Source of the DNA: a virus
Lineage: Duplodnaviria; Caudoviricetes
IMG/VR virus record: IMGVR_UViG_3300024265_000060
Span: 1-55,716 of that record
Length of the DNA stretch: 55,716 bases
Reading direction: 5' to 3' (one strand)
Both the position numbers and the translations under genes were made by a program. The stretch's first letter is position 1, and the number at the start of each line of letters is the position of its first letter. This document shows, in pieces, positions 25,079 to 34,390 of this stretch. The notes beneath the pieces were generated by a model. The model made no database searches. It saw only the letters and a list, made by a program, of their open reading frames with translations, and was not told where the DNA came from.

Positions 25079-27508
25079 TCAATTCCTCGTTGAGCCGCTG
25101 CTGGTTGAGCCGGAGCTGGTAGACATTGTTCCGGCTGATTCGTCGATGGGAAGGGTTATGAAGGACGTGCCTGCTTTGAACTTGACTGTACTGTTACCAC
25201 CTATGTCTGTATCGCGGGTAAACATTATGCCGAAGCGGAGGCGGTCAGTTGTTGCGCCAGTTTTTGGAGCCGTAATGGTACCTGCTATACTCTTGAGGCC
25301 GGTGGTTGAGAGGTCTTTTGGGAGGCCGCTTGGTAAAGTGCCATATGCGCTGACAAACGTTCCGTCTGCTTCAATGCGCTGGATATTAAGGTCTGTGATA
25401 GTGATGTTGTCGGCTGCCTTAGTGATGTCGAGGGTGACAGTCCAGGTTCCTTTCCACCAGTTTTTCCAATCTGGGAACGCTGCGGTGGTGAAGAAATAAC
25501 CTTGTTCGGCCGTGTCGAAGTCAACATCGACTGTGAACTCTTCATTGTCGATTGCTGAGGTACCAACATTGAGATTGTATTCAGGAGAACCAGGTCCAAC
25601 TAGGTCGGAGCTTCCATTTAATAAATAGAAATTGCGCAAGTGGATAGAAGTGATCTCGTCTGCACCGATGTCAGAAATGCCATCCTGAGCGTCTGGTCTC
25701 GTGTCTTCGTCAAAGTCGTCGGAGGCTGAAGTGGCATTGCCTCTGTCACGGTTTATTTGGTCTAGGACAGGAAGATGAAGGTTCCAATTAGCTACGTCTG
25801 CGTCGCTGGTATTGATAAAGGTTGATACCTCACAGATGTTGCCAGTGCCAAGGGTGGTAACAGTTGGGCATGTGAAAGTCCCTGAAGCTCCCACGATTAC
25901 TTCTGTCTCGGCTGTAGAAAGGAAGTTGTTGTTCTGGATAGTTGGTGCGCCGGAGGCAACGTTGAGCGCAAACGCTCCTGAGCGGTCTGTAATGACAATA
26001 TTATTACGAAACGTTGCTAGATCACCACCCTCAATCCAGATGCCCGTCTTGTGGGCATTATAGATTGTGTTGTTTTGTATTGTGCAAGCTGAACCATCGA
26101 GGCTTTTGAATCCAATGGCAACGTTTCGAGGGTCAAATCCGCCCCGGGCGCGGGTGTTATAGATAATGTTGTTTTCTACAAGGCAACTTGTTTCACCACC
26201 GCTGTCTGTACGAGGAGTGACATAGATTCCTTGGTCGAACGCGGCTGACCCTTCGGCGTTGCTTCCGCCTGAGACGTTTGTACCATAGATCAAGTTGCGC
26301 CGAATAATGACACTTCCCCAATCACAGAGTGGAGCGTCGCAGGCCCAGTTTGCTGTTGAGTTGCTGTCTCCGTTGACGACTTTGATTGCAGAATAACATA
26401 CCCAGTCACCGAAATTGAAATCTGCGTTTTCAACCCCCAAACATTTGAAAATGTTATCTTGAATCAGGATATTGTCAATGCTGCCTTCCTGGAATATGAG
26501 ACTAGTAGCATCGATTGTGGTGTTGTTCTGAAATGTCCAAGATCCAAGCATCACGCCGTCTGAGGTATGGGGGCCGTGTGGGTTGGCAATGCCTATGTCT
26601 TCATAGATATTGTTTTCATACAGCGCGTCTGCGTCAGCGTGTGCAAACGAGCGAAGCTCTCGGTGGGCTTTTCCGCAAGAGTCGTGAAGATAAGATCGTC
26701 TGACCGTAAGGGGGCCGACAAGTTTACCTATCTTAAAGATGTGGCCTCGTGCGTTGCCTGCGCAGCTGAGGCGAGTAAATGCGCCGAAACTTTCATCAGG
26801 GCAGCCATAGCCTGGCAATCCTGTCATCTTGCTGCCTGTTGTATGACTAGCATCTATGTAGTCGAATACCCATCCGCCGAATCCACATGTTGCACAATCC
26901 TGGTTGGCGTCCAAGTTAAACATGTGGTTTCCAACGTCTTCGAAGATAAGAAGGTCGTCGGGGGCTCCTTGGATTGTCCAATCGTCAGCGTCTTTGCTTC
27001 CTGCGCAACCCGCACCCGCGTCTTCGAGATCGATGAAGTGGTGAACTTCGTTAGTTTGCCAGATACAATCGTCGTTGATGTCGCCTGTGATTTCGACTGA
27101 AGCACAATTGTCGCCGTCTGTACGGTCTGGGGTGCAGAACGTTTGGACAGTGATGTCATCTACCTTGGGAGCGAGCCAGACCGCCTTACCATCACAAGTC
27201 GTTGAAGCTACAATTGGGTAAGTGCAGGTTGCGTCGGTGCCGAAACCTGAATTGTCGCAGTCTGACCCGCAACAAAGATGAATCGTGTCTGTTGGGCTTG
27301 CGTCGTCTGCGTTTGCTCCGTCAACGAGATAAGCGAAGCTAGTTGACAAGCCACTGCTACCGTCGTTAATTAGGCCGCATGGATTGTCTTTGCTTGTGCA
27401 AACCTGTCCTAGTGTGCTTGCTTCGTCGGAGAAGTAGAAGTCAGCTGCAGATGTGACCGAAGTTGCAGCAAGGAAGCAAAAGGCTAGGAGAAGCTTTCTT
27501 ATGTACAT
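25079..27508 (-). CDS. parallel beta-helix (pectin lyase-like) protein with N-terminal signal peptide
   Basis: Signal MYIRKLLLAFCFLAATSVTSA; repeated xxNN.I beta-helix units; DFDEDTRP...DIGADE motif; Cys-rich. Confidence 0.8.
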   Translation of the reverse strand: MYIRKLLLAFCFLAATSVTSAADFYFSDEASTLGQVCTSKDNPCGLINDGSSGLSTSFAYLVDGANADDASPTDTIHLCCGSDCDNSGFGTDATCTYPIVASTTCDGKAVWLAPKVDDITVQTFCTPDRTDGDNCASVEITGDINDDCIWQTNEVHHFIDLEDAGAGCAGSKDADDWTIQGAPDDLLIFEDVGNHMFNLDANQDCATCGFGGWVFDYIDASHTTGSKMTGLPGYGCPDESFGAFTRLSCAGNARGHIFKIGKLVGPLTVRRSYLHDSCGKAHRELRSFAHADADALYENNIYEDIGIANPHGPHTSDGVMLGSWTFQNNTTIDATSLIFQEGSIDNILIQDNIFKCLGVENADFNFGDWVCYSAIKVVNGDSNSTANWACDAPLCDWGSVIIRRNLIYGTNVSGGSNAEGSAAFDQGIYVTPRTDSGGETSCLVENNIIYNTRARGGFDPRNVAIGFKSLDGSACTIQNNTIYNAHKTGIWIEGGDLATFRNNIVITDRSGAFALNVASGAPTIQNNNFLSTAETEVIVGASGTFTCPTVTTLGTGNICEVSTFINTSDADVANWNLHLPVLDQINRDRGNATSASDDFDEDTRPDAQDGISDIGADEITSIHLRNFYLLNGSSDLVGPGSPEYNLNVGTSAIDNEEFTVDVDFDTAEQGYFFTTAAFPDWKNWWKGTWTVTLDITKAADNITITDLNIQRIEADGTFVSAYGTLPSGLPKDLSTTGLKSIAGTITAPKTGATTDRLRFGIMFTRDTDIGGNSTVKFKAGTSFITLPIDESAGTMSTSSGSTSSGSTRN

Positions 27509-28077
27509 GCACCAACCGCGTGAGCGTTCGTCCAGGTATTGGTTGAGGTGCACCAGCAGGTGCCGCCGGAGGTGTCGATGTAGAAGTCACCTATGGCACA
27601 GGCGGCTGGCGCGGCTGCGTGGGTGATGAATTGAAGGACGGTTTCACCTGAGTCGTTCGTGTCGAATTTCAAGACTGCAACCTCTGTGTCTGAGCCACTG
27701 TCGAGCGAGATGGTCATATCGCAGTCGTTGGTAGTGGGACAATTGACGATGATGCTGCCATCGACTGTTCCAGCATCATCTGAGTCGTCGAAGCTGTCAG
27801 TGGGCGCGGCGGAGGGAGTCAAAACAATGCTGTCTGTTTTAACCTGAGCCACACCTGCGCCGCTATTTGTGAAGTCATAGATGATGGTAGAAGCTGATGG
27901 GCTATCGATAGTAATGGTTGTACTAGCTGTTGAGATTGTGGTGTCTTGGGTGCCGCTCAGGACCATGTTGCCTGTAAGGGTCTGTACACCTGACCAAGTA
28001 TTTGCCATGTCCCAGTTGGCTGCATAGGCAAATGTGGCTAGAACGAGGATGAAGAAGATAGCTAGAAAGCTTTTCAT
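27499..28077 (-). CDS. secreted Thr/Ser-rich protein with C-terminal fibre-type Cys motif
   Basis: Signal MKSFLAIFFILVLATFAYA; ends PAACAIGDFYIDTSGGTCWCTSTNTW. Confidence 0.75.
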   Translation of the reverse strand: MKSFLAIFFILVLATFAYAANWDMANTWSGVQTLTGNMVLSGTQDTTISTASTTITIDSPSASTIIYDFTNSGAGVAQVKTDSIVLTPSAAPTDSFDDSDDAGTVDGSIIVNCPTTNDCDMTISLDSGSDTEVAVLKFDTNDSGETVLQFITHAAAPAACAIGDFYIDTSGGTCWCTSTNTWTNAHAVGACT

Positions 28078-28514
28078 TTGTCGGCCTCCGGGAGACTGTT
28101 GAGAGTGTCGATTAGTTGCTGGATGTGAAACTTCCTACCTGGGCAGGACTTTGAAGCAAAGTCTCGGTGGCCGAAGATTCGGTTTGCGGGGATGTTGAAG
28201 ATTTTCATCCAAGGTCTGATGACGCGTTCTGCGGCGACTTTTAGCATTTCGGATGGCGGGTCGGTTTCGTCGTAGTTGCCGATAAAGACGAAGCCGAGGC
28301 TAGTCTGATTCTTACCTTTTGTGTGCGATCCGCCCCAATCGAGTGGACGTCCTAGCAATACTTCATAGGTTTTGCCGACCTTCTCAATGCCTGCATGGTA
28401 GCCGATTTCTCGCCAACCCTTTGCTTTGTGAAAGCGTCTAATGGCGTCCCAGCTGACTGTGGCTGAGTCCTTGGTTAGACTATGATGAATAACGATTGAT
28501 TGCCAGTTTAACAC
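28074..28514 (-). CDS. N-acetylmuramoyl-L-alanine amidase (Amidase_2, T7 lysozyme-like endolysin)
   Basis: IVIHHS, GWREIGYH, GSHTKGKN and GHRDFASKSCPG Zn-amidase motifs. Confidence 0.92.
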   Translation of the reverse strand: MLNWQSIVIHHSLTKDSATVSWDAIRRFHKAKGWREIGYHAGIEKVGKTYEVLLGRPLDWGGSHTKGKNQTSLGFVFIGNYDETDPPSEMLKVAAERVIRPWMKIFNIPANRIFGHRDFASKSCPGRKFHIQQLIDTLNSLPEADK

Positions 28515-28526
28515 AGTCAGCCTATC

Positions 28527-29951
28527 TTAATCTGCTGGTCCGGGCGTGCCTAGCGCAACAATATCCAAGCATTCCCACGTATCTGCTGTATGACAAACAC
28601 AAAGTTCGACTGTTCCGCCTGTTGTGTCAAGAAATATTTCACCAACAATACAGGTCGCTGCGCAACAGTTTCCTACATCTGGTGAAAAATGCTCTGTACG
28701 AATGTCTGGAAGTTGCGAAGTGGTAGATGTGACATAGTTGGTTCCAATCAGTCGAAATGCGTTATTTGCAGAAACACTAACATCGAGAGCACTAGAATCG
28801 CTATTCGAAGCTCTAAAGTGTCCGCCGCGTGCGCCTATAGTATAGGTTCCGGAGGCGTGCACGTTATTACTTTTCATTGCATGCGTGTTCCCAGTTGAAT
28901 TGGGACGATTAACTTTAATAGTACAGTTGATGCACCAATCTTCTGCAGTAGACTCTCCTACACCAGTATGATCAAAACCAGCAGTATCGTTGCTTGTTCC
29001 AGTTCCTCGATCTGTAACATTAATCGTTGCGTCATAGAAATATGCGTGTGCCGCTAGAGCAGGATTTGTGTCAATTCCAATAGTATCAACACCGGCTCCA
29101 GTCGTTGTACGATCTACCCAAATATATTCTCCAACAGCATGTAGCTCCCAAACTCCAACTGTTGCGCCATTTGGGCTCCACCAAATTGCCCACGACTGAA
29201 CAGCAAGCCCTGCGGTACAGTTGTCGTTTGTGTAGCGGTTGTTGGCGAGGAGGTCATATCCCCCACCTTGAAGCTGAAGACCAACAGTACAATATTGAAC
29301 TTCATTATTGATAAATGTAAACTTTGGATCATTCGCTGCATTTTCAGTCGTCCAGTGTACACAACCAGGGGCGGGGACAATCGCGTGTGAAAGACATTGA
29401 AACCGTGCGTCATGAATATAGGCTTCATTGCGCTGAGTGGTTGTCCATTCGATCCCCGCCGACCCGTCAACAATACCTGTTTCTGTGTCAATAACAGTGA
29501 CGCCAGCAAGTTCGAACTTTCCGCCACTAACTTCAATAGTAACACCACCGTCTGTTGCGTTTGTAATAATAACTTGATCACGCCCAGCGCCTATGAGTCT
29601 AAGATGCGCGCTGTCATCGAAGGTCGCCGTTCCAATAGTAAGCGCTTCATCATATGTTCCAGGGCCGACATGAATAGTCCACGGAACAAAAACGTCACAA
29701 TCAGCATCAGCGGTACACGCCAAACCAATATCCCCAGCTGAACAAGTTCCAGCACTAGTGTCGCATGTTCCGGCTGTGAATAGGGTTGATGCGGCGTCGA
29801 TGGCTGCTTGGATGGTATTAAAGGTGCACCCAGTTTTGCAAACTTCTGCAAAGTCTTTAGGCTTACGGACGCGCCCCCAAAATCCTTGTGCTTCTATGGA
29901 CGCTGGAAACAGAAACATAGCAATTATAGCAGCAAGAAAGAGTTTCTTCAT
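28527..29951 (-). CDS. beta-helix (pectinesterase-like) protein with signal peptide and C-terminal fibre-type Cys motif
   Basis: Signal MKKLFLAAIIAMFLFPASIEA; FNTIQAAIDAA...TIHVGPGTYDE; ends TCIVGEIFLDTTGGTVELCVCHTADTW. Confidence 0.8.
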   Translation of the reverse strand: MKKLFLAAIIAMFLFPASIEAQGFWGRVRKPKDFAEVCKTGCTFNTIQAAIDAASTLFTAGTCDTSAGTCSAGDIGLACTADADCDVFVPWTIHVGPGTYDEALTIGTATFDDSAHLRLIGAGRDQVIITNATDGGVTIEVSGGKFELAGVTVIDTETGIVDGSAGIEWTTTQRNEAYIHDARFQCLSHAIVPAPGCVHWTTENAANDPKFTFINNEVQYCTVGLQLQGGGYDLLANNRYTNDNCTAGLAVQSWAIWWSPNGATVGVWELHAVGEYIWVDRTTTGAGVDTIGIDTNPALAAHAYFYDATINVTDRGTGTSNDTAGFDHTGVGESTAEDWCINCTIKVNRPNSTGNTHAMKSNNVHASGTYTIGARGGHFRASNSDSSALDVSVSANNAFRLIGTNYVTSTTSQLPDIRTEHFSPDVGNCCAATCIVGEIFLDTTGGTVELCVCHTADTWECLDIVALGTPGPAD

Positions 29952-30262
29952 CGGAATACGACGACCTCTACGTCGGTTGTGGATCCGGTGGCTTGTCCAA
30001 AGATTCTGCCAATATTGATTGGGCCGTCAATCGTCTTGATTGCGCCTGCAGGGATAGTAAAGTATCGACCAGCAGCAATTTCGCCTGCCGCATAAGCAAC
30101 TTTTAGATCCGCCGCAACAGCCTGAATATCGATTCTTGATGCTGGTCGAATTGCCTCGGTTCCGCCAGATTGAACCACAGCATCAAGATCAATTAACGTA
30201 GTCTCTCCTGTGGTAGCAACTGCAGTATTTCGTTTAGCGACCCCACCACTTATTAATGTCAT
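29948..30262 (-). CDS. small virion protein
   Basis: 104 aa, beta-rich, in the structural operon. Confidence 0.6.
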   Translation of the reverse strand: MTLISGGVAKRNTAVATTGETTLIDLDAVVQSGGTEAIRPASRIDIQAVAADLKVAYAAGEIAAGRYFTIPAGAIKTIDGPINIGRIFGQATGSTTDVEVVVFR

Positions 30263-30994
30263 CTAATTCTCCTTTGTCCAAGTCGTTGCTGGAGCCGCCC
30301 CGCCAACGCCCCAAGATGTAGTAGGTTTTGATCCAACGGTCCAAGATCCTGTAGCTGCGGCGGCTGCATTCCAACTTCCAACCCCCGCTGCCCCAATTGT
30401 CCAACCTGTAGCTGGCGCGCTTGCACCTGGCTGAAAGTCGCTCGTCGTATAGTGTACCTCAACGAAGACATTTGTGCAAGTGGGGCGGGAGGGGCCAGCT
30501 GCCTTGTAATAGCCCATTTCGAAGAGCTGTTCGGTAAAATCCGTTGCAACCCAAGCTTTGCCCGTAATCGGATTGACAGGCATCGAATGGCCCGCTTGTA
30601 CAAAAGCCGGACTAGCGAGATTGAGGAAAAACCGCTCGCCTACGTTTGAAACGGCTCCATCATGTCCAACCGCAATCCCTGCCCAAGCCCCACCGCCGAC
30701 CGAAAGACGACTGACGGCTGTCCAAATCTGCACCTCATCGATTGAAACTACGCCTGGAGGAAAGTCTGGAATCGCTGCCTTAAAGGTCCAATTAACACCA
30801 TCTGGATCGCTAAGAGCAAACCGAATATAGGTAGTATCCGTGTCGTTTTGAGACCTATTAGTTCCATCATCTACCATCTTGAAAGCGTTCGCAAGATTGC
30901 CGCTGATGATGTCACCATTATCCACATATTGCGCGTTAGTTGGCGTTGCGGAACCTTGTGCAACTGGGCTGAGTTTGACTAATCCTTTACCCAT
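30263..30994 (-). CDS. virion structural protein
   Basis: 243 aa; NPITGKAWVATDF motif; C-terminal TxWT repeats. Confidence 0.65.
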   Translation of the reverse strand: MGKGLVKLSPVAQGSATPTNAQYVDNGDIISGNLANAFKMVDDGTNRSQNDTDTTYIRFALSDPDGVNWTFKAAIPDFPPGVVSIDEVQIWTAVSRLSVGGGAWAGIAVGHDGAVSNVGERFFLNLASPAFVQAGHSMPVNPITGKAWVATDFTEQLFEMGYYKAAGPSRPTCTNVFVEVHYTTSDFQPGASAPATGWTIGAAGVGSWNAAAAATGSWTVGSKPTTSWGVGGAAPATTWTKEN

Positions 30995-31611
30995 TAGTCA
31001 CCAAACATCCAAACATATGGAGCAACGGCAGACTCTGGGACCGAAATGAAGCTTTCAAAGATGTCCCAGGTTATTGTTCCGTTCGAATAAGTGTGTCCGC
31101 CGCCAGCTGTCCAATCGATTGTAAAGTTAAAGCCCATGACAAGATCCGTGGTGATGGTAGTTGCTGTTAACGGGATGTCGAATGTAAGTTCAAGTGATTC
31201 CCCTGGGACAACAATGTTTCTTGACCTAATATCAACGCCCGACCAATCACTGGTGCCCGCTGTGAAGTCACTGGTGAAGTCTGTGGCCCAAGGATTCGTG
31301 CCGTCCCACCTGATCAAGACCTGAGCTTTGGGACGAAATGGTGCTGAAACTACATCCCAGGCTGAGTTTGAAGCTGCATACGCACCTTTGACAGAAGCGA
31401 AACGGTCTGGAAATGTTGCCACGTCAACGGACGGAAACTGGTCTATATAACCCCTATAAAAATAAACACCTGGAACCGGGAACTGTGTAAAGTTATCTGT
31501 TGCAATGACTGTGGCTTTTGAAGAAATGTCTGAGTCGCGCACATTAGCTAAGTTTGTCCAATCTGGACTCTTGATCAAAAACACATGGTTCGATGGTGTA
31601 AAGACAGCCAT
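30994..31611 (-). CDS. virion structural protein
   Basis: 205 aa, beta-rich, translationally coupled. Confidence 0.6.
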   Translation of the reverse strand: MAVFTPSNHVFLIKSPDWTNLANVRDSDISSKATVIATDNFTQFPVPGVYFYRGYIDQFPSVDVATFPDRFASVKGAYAASNSAWDVVSAPFRPKAQVLIRWDGTNPWATDFTSDFTAGTSDWSGVDIRSRNIVVPGESLELTFDIPLTATTITTDLVMGFNFTIDWTAGGGHTYSNGTITWDIFESFISVPESAVAPYVWMFGD

Positions 31612-32300
31612 TAGTGGACACGAAGCGTCAACATGAGATCGGCTGCGCCCCCTGCGGCTGTAATGTCAGGAATGAGCCAGTCGCCAGCAGAGAGTGCTGT
31701 AGTTGCAAGGCTAGTTGTAGCGTTAAAAAAACTTCCGATCGGAATAGTTGGTCTAGTGAGAAAGACGGTGGCGTCTGAAATGGAGTTTGGATTGGTTGCT
31801 GCTCCGGGTGCTTGAGCTATATGAAGCTGTACTACCGTTGACGCCGAAGTTGGAGCTGTGAAGACAATTAGCTCGCCACCAAGAACTGTAACAGCTCTAG
31901 GGACTCTAAAAGCAATCTTGACTCGACCCACAACGGCGGTTCCACTCAAAATAAACGAGATTGCTTTCGTATGTGTGTGGCCGGGGTCTTTGCTACTCGT
32001 GACATTTGGGCCAAAGATTCCGATTCCACCAATAGCGTCTGGATCAACGGTCATTCCTGAATCTTCAAAAGCAACAAGTCTACTTGTACCGTTTGATCTA
32101 TAAATGTCTGGACTTAGTCTGGAACCTGACGCGACCGCATGACGGCCATCGATGACGACTGAAACGCCGTTTGCGATGCCCGCAACTTGAAGTCTCTCGT
32201 CAAGATCAACCCTCAGGTTGCGAATCTCGTCATCGCCTTTACCAACCTTGTCTGAATCTGCTGGAGTAGTATTAACCCAAGCTCTAGTTCTGTCTGCCAT
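31611..32300 (-). CDS. tail fibre-related protein
   Basis: N-terminal PADSDKVGKGDDEIRNLR head-binding-like motif; C-terminal jelly-roll-like strand pattern. Confidence 0.65.
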   Translation of the reverse strand: MADRTRAWVNTTPADSDKVGKGDDEIRNLRVDLDERLQVAGIANGVSVVIDGRHAVASGSRLSPDIYRSNGTSRLVAFEDSGMTVDPDAIGGIGIFGPNVTSSKDPGHTHTKAISFILSGTAVVGRVKIAFRVPRAVTVLGGELIVFTAPTSASTVVQLHIAQAPGAATNPNSISDATVFLTRPTIPIGSFFNATTSLATTALSAGDWLIPDITAAGGAADLMLTLRVH

Positions 32301-32959
32301 TATTCACCACTCCCAAGGTTTTCTGTTTTTTCAACCAAATGCGGCTTGGCTGTGTCTTCACGGTCGAAGTCGGTTTCTGAAATCCTATCAATGCGTCTTG
32401 TGATCATCTGGAGGTATTCGGCCTTTTCGGTTTGGGCTGCTTGTTTGTCACCAAGCCAACTGAGAAGCCGAAAAACCGCCCCTTGAACAATGATCTCGTC
32501 CCATTCTCTGGGCAACGCACTGAGAGTTGCGGCGGTTGAGAGGGCATCAAGCCGCTTGATGTATCGCATCCGCAACGCTCTAGTTGTGGCGTTGTTTGCA
32601 GGTAACAAGAGCAACTCGTTCTTCCACCACATGTAGCGTTTTGGTTCGCCATTTTGAACAATGGCTGCACGATCAAAGCTTCTCGCGCTCATTGGTGTCA
32701 GTCGCTTACCATCGTCTATATTGCGGATTGAGACGATTGCGAACAAATCCAATGGAACTGCATAGTTCGACTGACCCTCAACCAAATCAACTGAAGCAGT
32801 TTCTTGATTCTCTGGAACTCGAATGCTCGTCGTTAGTTCATCATAAGCAAAAGTAACAGCGTCTGTAATTTGTGGGTCAATATTTGTCAAGTTCATCATG
32901 CGAAACTTGACAAGGGCTTCCATACTTGTGCGTGAGAGGCTACCCATTTTCAGACTCAA
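32300..32959 (-). CDS. head-tail adaptor (P22 gp4 / tubular A-like)
   Basis: LVEGQSNYAVPLD, GEPKRY, LLLLP and LPREWDEIIVQGA adaptor patterns. Confidence 0.75.
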   Translation of the reverse strand: MSLKMGSLSRTSMEALVKFRMMNLTNIDPQITDAVTFAYDELTTSIRVPENQETASVDLVEGQSNYAVPLDLFAIVSIRNIDDGKRLTPMSARSFDRAAIVQNGEPKRYMWWKNELLLLPANNATTRALRMRYIKRLDALSTAATLSALPREWDEIIVQGAVFRLLSWLGDKQAAQTEKAEYLQMITRRIDRISETDFDREDTAKPHLVEKTENLGSGE

Positions 32960-33248
32960 AGATCCCGTCAGACGGGATTGTTATGTCGTCTTGGACGGGT
33001 TCGGGAACTTGATCTGCGAATTTAGCCCAGACTCTAGACCCCGAAATGGGGTCTATGACTGTCTCTGAGAAGGGAACTTCGAAACCGGAACGCGCACAAA
33101 CAACCATCTTGCCGGATTCAAGACCAACCGTGCCAGATGCGTTGTCGTTTGCTGCAGTGGAATTGACTTCTGCGTCTAGAAGGTTTGCTGTACCTGCGCC
33201 CGGAGCAGTTGTCGGCCACCAGACACGGGTTGTTTTCGTGAATGGCAA
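32940..33248 (-). CDS. hypothetical virion-associated protein
   Basis: 102 aa with AGGAG RBS; CARSGF motif. Confidence 0.6.
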   Translation of the reverse strand: MPFTKTTRVWWPTTAPGAGTANLLDAEVNSTAANDNASGTVGLESGKMVVCARSGFEVPFSETVIDPISGSRVWAKFADQVPEPVQDDITIPSDGIFESENG

Positions 33249-33260
33249 AGGCCGCTCCTA

Positions 33261-33698
33261 TTAGTCGTTTGCTTCGTCGCTGGTTGCGCCGTCAGTCTGC
33301 GGAAAGCTTCGGACCCAAAGAACGATACAAACACAAAGGTCGTCAACTGTAGCAGAACCGCCGACATCGGTCCAAGTAATAGTGATCTGTTCCCCAGCCG
33401 CAACATCACGATTGGCGCTAGTTGCGCCAGAGATGTCTGCCTGCACACCCGCTGTATTAATAAGAGACCCAGCAAGAACCGCACCTGTGGTGGTATCTAC
33501 TTCAAGAGTGGAAGCTCCACCTTCGGCTGAGGCCGTATGTGTGATGGCCATGATACGACAATCAAACGGTGCTTCCCAATCGATCACCTGCGTAGCGGCA
33601 AGTTGAGCGCCGCCGAAAAAGATGTTCATGGGAACGACCTGCCCTGTCATCGGTCCTCGAACTGCGCTCCGCTGAAGGTGTCTATCTCCAAAAGCCAT
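33261..33698 (-). CDS. capsid decoration/fibre-like protein
   Basis: 145 aa with GGAGG RBS; APFDCRI pattern. Confidence 0.6.
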   Translation of the reverse strand: MAFGDRHLQRSAVRGPMTGQVVPMNIFFGGAQLAATQVIDWEAPFDCRIMAITHTASAEGGASTLEVDTTTGAVLAGSLINTAGVQADISGATSANRDVAAGEQITITWTDVGGSATVDDLCVCIVLWVRSFPQTDGATSDEAND

Positions 33699-33710
33699 TA
33701 GATACCTCCC

Positions 33711-34319
33711 TTATACCCGGAAGTGAAGTTCGCCAGCTTCAAGGACGCTCTGCGAAACGATGAAGCGGACGCGGACGTTCGTGTCGCCGACGATACCGTG
33801 GCCAGCTTCAAGGGTTTCGCCAGCGAAACCGTAGCCGCCCTTGAACAGGTAAGCGACTCTTTCTGTGCCTTCCTTGTCGGTGACGACATAGTTGCCGGTT
33901 GTTTCGTCAAGCATGATGGCAAGCTCCGCACCAATATCGGTGGTTGCAAATACCTGGGTATTGGTTTCGCCATCATCATCCGTGTCGGTAAAGTTCGCTT
34001 CAAAGATGTTGGTCGGGCAGAAGAGTGCGACTGGGATGACGTTACGAGTTCCGGAGGCGGTCGCTGAACCAAGAGCGAGGCCACAAATCGGACCCTCGTT
34101 CCCAGCTGTGGTCATGTCGGAAAGGTCAATAAGATCAACGGAACCGCTCGTGACGAGAGCCGTCCCGTCACAACTATAAACCTTTCCGTCACCATCCTCA
34201 AAGAAAACAACATCGCCAGCCTCAAGAGCTTCACCGGCAGGAAACGTTTCAACAAAAGGCGGCGCGTTTGTAGTCGTTCCTACAACTCGCATCGGGCGCT
34301 GTGCAATAGTCTGAGCCAT
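33711..34319 (-). CDS. capsid cement/decoration protein
   Basis: 202 aa directly after the capsid gene; AGEALEAGDVV beta-tulip-like start. Confidence 0.6.
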   Translation of the reverse strand: MAQTIAQRPMRVVGTTTNAPPFVETFPAGEALEAGDVVFFEDGDGKVYSCDGTALVTSGSVDLIDLSDMTTAGNEGPICGLALGSATASGTRNVIPVALFCPTNIFEANFTDTDDDGETNTQVFATTDIGAELAIMLDETTGNYVVTDKEGTERVAYLFKGGYGFAGETLEAGHGIVGDTNVRVRFIVSQSVLEAGELHFRV

Positions 34320-34355
34320 TCAAAAACCTCACTGCTTCAGCTCATCGCTGAAACT

Positions 34356-34384
34356 GAAAATCTGGGGCAGTCATCCCGCCCCAG
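34356..34384 (-). terminator. putative intrinsic terminator after the major capsid gene
   Basis: Stem CTGGGGCGG-gatga-CTGCCCCAG followed by ATTTT on the minus strand. Confidence 0.5.
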
Positions 34385-34390
34385 TGAGCG

